DNA of 64,000 bases, from the NCBI GenBank assembly GCA_035625415.1, contig DASPPQ010000032.1:18866-82865 (forward strand). The letters are read 5' to 3'. The notes beneath the pieces were generated by a model. That model was not told the DNA's origin and made no database searches. It saw only the letters and a program-made list of their open reading frames with translations. Made by a program: the position numbers and the translations under genes. Source of the DNA: Thermodesulfobacteriota bacterium. Lineage in GTDB: Bacteria; Desulfobacterota; BSN033; UBA1163. This document shows, piece by piece, positions 56,518 through 64,000 of this stretch (positions are counted from its first letter, which is position 1; each line of letters starts with the position of its first letter).

Positions 56518-57327
56518 ATGAAGGTTGAATCCATGCTGATCGTCGGAGAAAGAATCAACGCCTCTCGAAAGCCTATTGCCGAAGCCATCGCCTCACGTAA
56601 CGCCGTCTTTATTCAGAATGAAGCAAAGGCTCAGGCCATTGCAGGAGCTAACTATCTCGATGTCAACGCCGGGACGTTTGTGGGAGAAGAGGCGAGACAT
56701 CTCCAGTGGGTTATCGAAACAGTTCAGGAAGCCGTAGCCCTTCCCTTATGCATTGATAGTCCGGATCCTTCTGTGATCAAGGCGATGATTCCTTTGGCAA
56801 AGAAAACTCCGATGATTAATTCCATCACACTGGAGCCCTCACGGTTGGAAGGAATCCTGCCGTTAATTGTTAAGCATAAGACCAAGGTCATCGGTCTTTG
56901 CCAATCGGGAGACGCTATTGCTGATACCGCAGAGGCAAAAGTGAAAATGGCTGGACAGTTGATTGAGGGCGTGAAGGCTGCGTCCATTCCTCTGGATGAC
57001 CTCTACATCGATCCCCTCGTCTATCCCCTCGCGACGAATGACAGGTCAGCGTTGGCCACACTTAATGCCATGGAGCAGATCATAACCCAATTTCCGGGTG
57101 TTCATACCACTTGTGGCCTAACGAACGTTTCTTACGGACTCCCGAACCGAAAGCTTGTCAATCGAACCTTTCTTGTGGCGGCCATCGCTCGTGGTCTGGA
57201 TTCCGCTATCCTGGACCCTACTGACAAAGAGCTCTTCGGCGCTCTCAAGGCCGCTCTTCTGGTTTCCGGCAAGGATGAATTCTGCATGGGATATATCTCA
57301 GCCTTTCGCGAGGGAAGGTTTGAGTAA
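56518..57327 (+). CDS. Pterin-binding methyltransferase (methyl-corrinoid:tetrahydrofolate methyltransferase, MetH/AcsE/MtgA-like)
   Basis: Motifs IVGERINASRK, ANYLDVNAG, GLTNVSYGLPNR and AILDP match the DHPS-like pterin-binding TIM barrel of MetH and methyl-THF:corrinoid methyltransferases. Confidence 0.85.
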   Translation: MKVESMLIVGERINASRKPIAEAIASRNAVFIQNEAKAQAIAGANYLDVNAGTFVGEEARHLQWVIETVQEAVALPLCIDSPDPSVIKAMIPLAKKTPMINSITLEPSRLEGILPLIVKHKTKVIGLCQSGDAIADTAEAKVKMAGQLIEGVKAASIPLDDLYIDPLVYPLATNDRSALATLNAMEQIITQFPGVHTTCGLTNVSYGLPNRKLVNRTFLVAAIARGLDSAILDPTDKELFGALKAALLVSGKDEFCMGYISAFREGRFE

Positions 57328-57360
57328 ATTTATTGACTGATCGCGTATAGCTGGTCGCGG

Positions 57361-58026
57361 ATGGCAAACATAAAATACCTGGTGATCGCCTGTAATATTA
57401 TGAAGGACGAGATTCTCCGTTTTCAGGCCAACGGAATCTCCTTCGTTTTCTTGGAGCAGTCCCTCCATCGAACGCCCCAGAAGATGAAGCCGATCATTCA
57501 GGCGGAGATCGACAAGGCTGAAGAACAGGATTGGGATTACATTATTTTGAGCTATGGGCTTTGCAGTAACGGGATCTTGGGTGTCAAGTCGAAAAATCAT
57601 CCCATCGTCATTCCTCGTGTCCACGACTGCATTGCTCTTTTTCTTGGCTCGTGGGAAAAATACATTGAGGAGCACAGGAAGGAACCGGGCACCTACTATT
57701 TGACCAAGGGATGGATCGAAGAGGGCAAATCGCCTCTCGGAATATTTCAGGAATATTGTCAGCGCTACGATAAAGAGACGGCCGAATGGGTGATCAGGGA
57801 GGAGTTGAAGAACTACACGAGAATTGTGTTGGTGGACATGGGTGCCGAGTCGGAGGCCCTTCGGGAACATGCGAGGGAGAACGCGCATTTCCTCAATTTG
57901 AGGTATGAGGAGATGAGAGGGTCTTTGGAATTTTTTGAGAAGATGCTCCAGGGATGCTGGGATAAGGATTTTATCATCTTGAAACCCGGTGAAGAAGTAA
58001 CACAGGAATTATTTTTAGATCTTTAG
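57361..58026 (+). CDS. DUF1638-like protein (family recurrently found next to corrinoid methyltransferase genes)
   Basis: 221-aa soluble protein sitting between the methyltransferase and the activator remnant. The family assignment is from memory and was not computed. Confidence 0.4.
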   Translation: MANIKYLVIACNIMKDEILRFQANGISFVFLEQSLHRTPQKMKPIIQAEIDKAEEQDWDYIILSYGLCSNGILGVKSKNHPIVIPRVHDCIALFLGSWEKYIEEHRKEPGTYYLTKGWIEEGKSPLGIFQEYCQRYDKETAEWVIREELKNYTRIVLVDMGAESEALREHARENAHFLNLRYEEMRGSLEFFEKMLQGCWDKDFIILKPGEEVTQELFLDL

Positions 58027-58065
58027 CCGACTTTTGTCTTACTTTGCTTTTTATAAGAAGAATCG

Positions 58066-58976
58066 ATGAAAAAGTTTGAAATAATCTTTCAACCTTCGGG
58101 GGTGAGAGGTGAAGTTTTGGAGGCAAAGAGCATCCTTGAAGCCTCGAGGGAATTGGGGGTCGAAATAGAATCTCTCTGTGGAGGGAAGAGGGCCTGCGGC
58201 AAATGCAAGGTTAAGTTGGTGGAAGGGTCCCTTTCGGCCTTCACGGATGATGAAGCCAAGTTCATCACGGAAAGAGAAAGAGTTGAGGGTTATCGACTTG
58301 GATGCGCGGCTCAGATTAGAGGAGATGTTTCAATTCTTGTGCCCGAGGAGAGCCGTCCCGGAAAGCAGGTGCTCAGAAAGGCGGCTACCGGAAGATCAAT
58401 TGAACTGAATCCTGCGATCCATCCCTACTATGTCGAACTCTCCCTACCATCACTCGAGATCCTCATGGAGATCTTGATCGGCTTAAAAAGGGACTTTTCG
58501 AAAAGTATCATCTCTCCTCACTCCGTATCGATTACCATGCCTTGTTAAGGCTTCCGACGCTTCTGCGGCAGGGAAATTGGAAAGTCACTGTTGCCGTATG
58601 GATGGAGAAAGAGATTCTGGATGTCAAGCCTGGAAAGCTAGAGGATGCTTATGGGTTGGCTGTCGATGTTGGAACCACAACAGTTGCTGCCTATCTCTGC
58701 AATCTCAGAAGCGGAGAGGTGATAGCGACTGAATTGATGATGATTCCTCAGATCAGTTACGGTGAGGATGTGATGTCAAGAATCACTACTTTGACCCATC
58801 CAGAGGACGGTCTTGAAAGGATGCACAGGTTGATTATTGACGGACTGAACCAATTGGTCAGAGATATCACCGGAAAATGCCACCTCGGCGCAGAGGATAT
58901 TTTAGAGTTGACCTTTGTGGGTAACACTGCCATGCATCATTTCTTTATGAAGATCGATCCTCGGTACCTAGTGTAG
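58066..58976 (+). pseudogene. RACE-type reductive activator of corrinoid enzymes (RamA/RACo-like), frameshifted and truncated
   Basis: The N-terminal 2Fe-2S ferredoxin domain reads CGGKRACGKCKV...GCAAQI. A -1 frameshift lies near 58460-58540 (frame +2 ...SLPSLE, frame +1 ...DPHGDLDRLKKGLFEKY). The ASKHA domain begins LAVDVGTTTVAAYL...VGNTAMHHFFMKIDPRYLV, then hits a stop at 58976. Only about 300 of an expected 550-650 aa remain. A repeat element starts 27 nt downstream. Confidence 0.65.
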
Positions 58977-59002
58977 TGCGTCCAACACTTCTTTACAAAA
59001 GT

Positions 59003-59089
59003 TCAGAAGCTATCATTCCTGCAAAAGCAGGAATCCAGTTGAAATCATTGGATTCCCCCGTGTCAAGCACGGGGCAAGCTTGGTCAAGC
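59003..59089. repeat. REPIN-like doublet element, third copy (atcattcctgcaaaagcaggaatccag ... ccggaatgac)
   Basis: Same bipartite architecture and termini as the copies at 28684 and 32610. Related partial copies occur at 59379-59405 and 54580-54600 (cctgccggtaggcagg hairpin). Confidence 0.6.
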
Positions 59090-59734
59090 CCGGAATGACA
59101 TTCAAAGTAAAGGGACTTCTGACGCAGTAAACCAGTTGCATAACCTTATCTTCCCATTTATTCTTCGTAAGAACTTAAAATTAGTATCCGGCCGAATTCT
59201 CCTAGTGTTCTAAACCACTTTTTAAACAATCCCGCAGGCGTATCGGTCCCCATCCTCCAGTGCCCCCTAACCACCTAAATCATTTTGCTTGTATGGGATG
59301 GCAGGAGCTGAGACCCGGGTCGCTCGTCGGAACCGCTGCGTTTTGTGAAGCCTGCTGAGCAATCCTTCATGACGCGAGCGTCATTCCTGCCTGCCGGTAG
59401 GCAGGGCCGATGGTGGGGCAGGCAGGCTCAAACCATGAAAAACATAAATCCCCCCCGTCCCCCTTTAGTAAAGGAGGGTTGGGGGGATTTGCAAATGTAT
59501 CTTTCAGGCAATAATGTTACCGTTAACACAAATGTCCATGTTACAATTAGCACAACCGTGTTTATTTCGAGTCAGGCGCGGCATCAAATAAAATATATAT
59601 GAGATAATATATTGAAATAATTTAGAAATAAATTTTACATTCACTTTGATAAAAAATTCACTTTTTTGTTGAAACTTTAGGTTATTGGTTCTATAATTAT
59701 GGCCAATTCATAACTCAGAACGGAGGAAATTAAT

Positions 59735-61006
59735 ATGGGTAGAAAAGGCTGGTTAGTCACTTTCTCAGGAATGGGTTTGAATCTGGCTTTAGGCGTCTTA
59801 TATTCATGGAGCGTTTTTGGCAAGCAGTTTACAGAGGCTATTGATAAAGGCGGTTTTGGCTGGAGCAAAACCAATGCGGCTCTGCCATATACGATAGCCA
59901 TAGCTTTTTTTGCCGCGATGATGGTTCCCGCCGGTCGGCTTCAGGATAAGTTTGGTCCCCGGATTATAGCCACGATGGGTGCCCTGCTAACGGGTTTGGG
60001 GCTCGTCGTAACGAGCTTTGCTTCACCGGGGAATATCTTACCTGCTCTGATCGGGTTCGGTGCTATGGCCGGGACAGGAATTGGTTTAGGATATGCCACC
60101 GCCACCCCTGCGGCGGTGAAATGGTTTCCTCCGGAGAAAAAAGGCTTGATTACGGGTATTGTTGTGAGCGGTTTTGGTCTTGCTTCTGTTTATATCGCCC
60201 CTGTCAGCAGATCTTTTCTTGCTGCCTATGGGGTGAAAGGGGCGTTCTTGATTCTCGGCATCGGTTTTGCCGTGATCACCTTCATCCTGGCCCAATTTAT
60301 AAATAATCCTTCCACTCCTGCCGTGAGTTTGAATCAGAATGCCTCTAAGAACAAGAACAATTATAAGATTGATTATTCCTGGTCAGAAATGCTTAAGACT
60401 CGAACCTTCTACCTCCTCTGGATTGAGTTCGCATGCGGGGCCATGGCAGGCCTGATGATTATTGGACACCTCGCCAAGATTGTATCTGTCCAATCGGGAA
60501 ATGCCATCCAGATCGGGTTCATCTTCGTTGGGCTCCTTGCTATTTTTAACGCCGGAGGTCGTCTCGTTGCCGGTTTGGTATCGGACTATATCGGCCGATT
60601 AAAGACAGTGCTCATTATCTGCTTAAGCCAGGCCGTCGTCATGTTTTTCTTCTCGAGGATTTCGACGGTCCCGACCTTCGTCTTAGGGTCTGCGGTTGTG
60701 GGATTTAGTTACGGGGCCTGTCTCTCTCTGTTCCCCTCGACCTGTGCCGATTATTGGGGAACAAAAAATCTGGGCATGAATTACGGGATCCTTTTTACGG
60801 CATGGGGCGTCGGAGGAGTATTCGGGCCTATCCTCGCTGGTAAGATTGCAGACGCTTCGGGCAATTATAATACGGCCTATATCATCTCGGCCGCTCTGAT
60901 GATTTTTGCCGCTCTCCTCACCTTTTTCACCAAGGTTCCCGAAAGAGAGACGGTAGAGGAATTCTCCCACCCGGTTCTTGCAGGAAAACTACAGACGACG
61001 GATTGA
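59735..61006 (+). CDS. MFS transporter, oxalate/formate antiporter (OFA) family
   Basis: 423 aa with 12 TM helices. N-terminus WLVTFSGMGLNLALGVLYSWSVFGKQF is typical of the OFA family. Confidence 0.75.
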   Translation: MGRKGWLVTFSGMGLNLALGVLYSWSVFGKQFTEAIDKGGFGWSKTNAALPYTIAIAFFAAMMVPAGRLQDKFGPRIIATMGALLTGLGLVVTSFASPGNILPALIGFGAMAGTGIGLGYATATPAAVKWFPPEKKGLITGIVVSGFGLASVYIAPVSRSFLAAYGVKGAFLILGIGFAVITFILAQFINNPSTPAVSLNQNASKNKNNYKIDYSWSEMLKTRTFYLLWIEFACGAMAGLMIIGHLAKIVSVQSGNAIQIGFIFVGLLAIFNAGGRLVAGLVSDYIGRLKTVLIICLSQAVVMFFFSRISTVPTFVLGSAVVGFSYGACLSLFPSTCADYWGTKNLGMNYGILFTAWGVGGVFGPILAGKIADASGNYNTAYIISAALMIFAALLTFFTKVPERETVEEFSHPVLAGKLQTTD

Positions 61007-61022
61007 GACTTGATCCTTTCGG

Positions 61023-61052
61023 AAAAGCCCCCCGCATGGGGGCTTTTTTTTT
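61023..61052 (+). terminator. Rho-independent terminator (aaaagccccccgcatgggggc + T10)
   Basis: 7-bp GC stem followed by a run of 10 T, 17 nt after the MFS stop. Confidence 0.85.
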
Positions 61053-61434
61053 ACCTACTGGCGTTATACTGGTTCCCCAAGAGATTCTCTCGTAATCATG
61101 ATGGAGAAGAGAGGCGGGGACGGAGCAGGCGGTCAGATTCCTCAGCTTTAGGGTCCGGCCATTTAGAGGTATAGGTAATGGAGCTTCTTGCAAATGTAAT
61201 CTTTTCATGGGCCTGCAGCCCGGTAGTTGACCGACAAAAGGTTTCAGCCCTAAAGCTTTGTTACCTGACAGCCCGCTCCGTAATGTTCGGAGAGCGGTTT
61301 CTCGCTCATTACAACACAGTCTCGTTGGGGAGAGGAGAGAGGGTCTGTTGCTTCCGTTTCAAAACTCGCTTAAAATGGATATTTAGATCAAGAAAGGTTT
61401 TTGTAGGCCCTATCCGAACGAGGAGAGTTTGAGC

Positions 61435-64000
61435 ATGCCAAAAGACTTGAAGAGGACGGCCCTTTATCCCTGGCATAAGGAGCACGGCGGGGAAATGGTC
61501 GAGTTTGCCGGTTGGGAAATGCCTGTTGCCTATCAACAAGGCATTCTCGAGGAGCACTTGAGGACAAGGAAATTCGGGGGGCTGTTCGATATCTCCCATA
61601 TGGGACGTTTCTTGATTCGGGGAATAGATGCGGTTCCTTTTATGCAGCATTTCCTGACCAACAATGTGACGGCTCTTGATCCGGGTGTGGCCCAGTATAC
61701 GTTGATTCAGAATGAGGAGGGAGGCTTGATTGACGATGCTTACGTCTATCGGCTGGAAGAAGGGGATCCCTCCCTGGAAACAAATTATCTCCTTGTTGTG
61801 AACGCGGCGAATAAGGAGAAAGATTGGAATTGGTTTCTCGATCATAAGAAACGGTACAAGAATGTGGTGATGGACGACAAAACCGATGAAATCGGAATGA
61901 TCGCACTGCAAGGTCCTCACGCCAGGAGGGTTTTAGAAAAAATTCTCTTAGAAGATCATACAAAACTTCCTGACCCGTGGAGAAATCGATTAAGGGTGTG
62001 TGAGTTAGAGGGAGAGCACGTCCATATCACGATCTCAAGAACAGGATACACGGGTGAGCCCATCTGTTTCGAACTATTTTTGCCCGGGGAGAAGCTAAGG
62101 CTCATATGGGAGAAGATCCTCGGCACGGGAGAGGAAGAGGGGATCGTTCCAGTGGGCTTAGGGGCAAGGGATACCCTGAGGCTGGAAGCAGGACTTCCCC
62201 TTTATGGTCACGAGTTAGGGCTGGATGCGCAAGGAATCGATATCCCGATTTACGCGGTCCCTTCGGCGGCAAGATTGGCCATGAGTTTCTCTCCCCTAAA
62301 AGGAGAATTCATCGGAAGGGATATCCTGAAAAGGCAATTTGAAGAGGTGACGGCAAGAGAAAGTGGAAAACCTTTACCTCCTAAAGAAAGACAGTTAGTT
62401 CCTAAGAGGATATTCCCGATCACCCTCACCGGCCAGGGGATTGCCAGACAGGGCTACGAGGTTTTTGCAAACGGGGAGCTGGTTGGACATGTGTCGAGCG
62501 GGACGATGGTTCCCTATTGGGTCTTCTCGGATCGAGGGATCCTTTCAGAGCCCACAGACGAAAAAAAAATGAGATCGATCGGCCTTGCTTATATCGATTC
62601 AGATTTGAAGGAAGGCCAGAAGGTAGAAATTTCTTACCGGGGGAAGAAGGTCGAAGGGGTGATCGTAGAAAGGCATCTTTCCAGCGAAGCTCCGCCTTAT
62701 GCTCATCCCATCCTGATACAAGAACCGAGGAAGATGCGTGCTCCGACGGGAAGCTTAAAAGACTTGTCTGAAAGACTTGTCCGTCGTGTGGCGGAGAATA
62801 CCCATTGGAGACAGAGAGAGACAGTCAATCTCATCCCTTCGGAATCGACCCCTTCTCTTCTTGTGAGACTTCTCACGGTTTCAGACCCATCGGGCCGATA
62901 CGCCGAACACCGGTTGATGAAGGCCTTTAAGGAAAGCGATGTCTTCTATTATCAGGGGACCAAGTTGATCGGAGAAGTGGAGGCTCTGGTTGCCGATGAG
63001 CTTCGACGCTTCATCGGATGCTCGGAAGTCGAGGCGAGGGTGATCAGCGGCCAGATGGCCAATACCGCTGTCTTCAGCGGAATCGTCGATTACCTCAACC
63101 GTTTGGACCGGAGAAGGGAGCCCCGCAGGATCAGAAAGGTGATGAACCATCATATCGGGAGGGGAGGGCATCTGAGCGCTCAGCCCATGGGCGCCTTGAA
63201 AGATTTTATCGCTAACAATCCAACGACAGAAAGGCCGGCGGCCGTCCCTTTCCCAGTGATGAAGGATGACCTATACAGGATCGATCTTTTGAAGACCCGT
63301 GAACTGTTGGAAGAGCATAAGCCCGAATTGATCGTAATGGGCAAGAGCATGGTCATCTATAAAGAGCCTTTAAGGGAGATTGCCGAAATGATCTCCCATG
63401 TCAATCCAAAACCGATCCTTCTTTACGACATGGCCCACGTCCTGGGACTGATCGGACCTTATTTCCAGGAGCCCTTTAAGGAAGGTGCGGATATTGTGAC
63501 AGGGTCCACCCATAAGACTTTCTTCGGGCCGCAAAGAGGGATCATTTCGAGTAACATGTCGGAGGAGACGGAATATGAGGAGCTCTGGGAAGCTATCGTC
63601 CGTAGGGTCTTTCCCGGTAGCGTCAGCAATCACCACCTGGGAACACTGGTGGGCCTCTTGCTCGCTGCCTATGAAATGAATGCCTTCAAATCAAATTATC
63701 AGAAAGAGGTGATCTCCAACGCCAAGGCATTTGCCCGTGGCCTAAAGAATCAGGGATTAATGGTGGAGGGAGACCCACGCCTCGGATATACGGAGACACA
63801 TCAGGTGATCGTCAGGGTTGGCTATGGAAAGGGGCCATGGGTGGCCGAACGATTGGAAGAAAATAACATTATCGTCAATTACCAGGGTGCGCCGGATGAC
63901 GAGGCCTTTACGACAGCGAGCTGCCTGAGGATGGGGGTTCAGGAAATGACGCGGTTCGGGATGAAAGAAGACGATTTTGCTCAACTGGCGGAGTACATGG
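61435..64000 (+). CDS. gcvT: Fusion protein: aminomethyltransferase (GcvT) N-terminal domain + serine hydroxymethyltransferase-like C-terminal domain; 3' end beyond window
   Basis: Single frame with no stop from ATG 61435 to 64000, checked codon by codon. Absent from the ORF track because it has no in-window stop. The N-terminal ~370 aa align with full-length GcvT ([48 protein letters not shown]). The C-terminal part carries SHMT motifs [21 protein letters not shown] and PLP-Lys [13 protein letters not shown]. Confidence 0.8.
   Translation, partial: [855 protein letters not shown]

Noticed and set aside
61053-61434. Possible glycine or THF riboswitch in the 380-nt leader of the GcvT-SHMT gene
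   Set aside because: Only loose resemblances were seen (ggggagaggagagagg, gaccgacaaaaggtttcag). The aptamer core motifs are not present in the right order. Left as unverified rather than called.
62517-62771. 84-aa ORF listed by the track inside the fusion gene (alternative TTG-initiated frame)
   Set aside because: It is out of frame with the continuous 61435 ORF and Arg/Gly-rich nonsense. The GcvT/SHMT frame has strong homology signals along its whole length.
1-64000. CRISPR arrays, rRNA and tRNA genes
   Set aside because: No regularly spaced direct repeats with unique spacers were seen. No tRNA cloverleaf-like conserved segments and no rRNA-like stretches. None called.

Overview
This is a 64-kb chromosomal window from a bacterium with moderate GC content. 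Its G-rich hairpin terminators and corrinoid/C1 gene content suggest an anaerobe. It lacks rRNA, tRNA and CRISPR genes.

Gene content in order:
- 1-10.1 kb, minus strand: a partial LolA-like secreted protein, an ABC-2 exporter, a TonB/TolA-like protein, MurJ, ExbD and ExbB, a PfkB kinase, a SPOR-domain protein, a protein with a degenerate J-domain and a RodZ-type HTH, and a ParA/MinD-like ATPase.
- 10.4-16.7 kb, plus strand: glmU, glmS, pcrA/uvrD and a GcvR-like ACT protein.
- 16.8-21.7 kb, minus strand: a 3-hydroxyacyl-CoA dehydrogenase, an orphan sensor histidine kinase and a divergent KAS-II-like condensing enzyme.
- 22-28.6 kb: a secreted M20 amidohydrolase and a canonical LivKHMGF ABC importer.
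- 29-36.3 kb: gcvH-gcvPA-gcvPB, lipB, an inserted REP-associated tyrosine transposase (RAYT), lpdA and lipA. No local gcvT is present.
- 36.4-38 kb: a patatin-like lipase and tag.
- 38-42.5 kb: an AT-rich island carrying a toxin-antitoxin remnant, an XRE regulator and small secreted proteins.
- 42.6-59 kb: two tandem modules, each a Liv-type ABC importer followed by a corrinoid protein and a URO-D-family methyltransferase. They share one pterin-binding methyl-THF:corrinoid methyltransferase and a DUF1638-like protein. The RACE-type reductive activator that follows has decayed and is truncated at a repeat element.
- 59.7-61 kb: an oxalate/formate-antiporter-family MFS transporter.
- 61.4 kb to the window end: one uninterrupted ORF of at least 855 aa that fuses a complete GcvT aminomethyltransferase to a serine hydroxymethyltransferase-like domain.

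A family of short hairpin repeats with REPIN-like structure (gtcattcc...ggaatccag / gggaatgac) is scattered through the intergenic regions.
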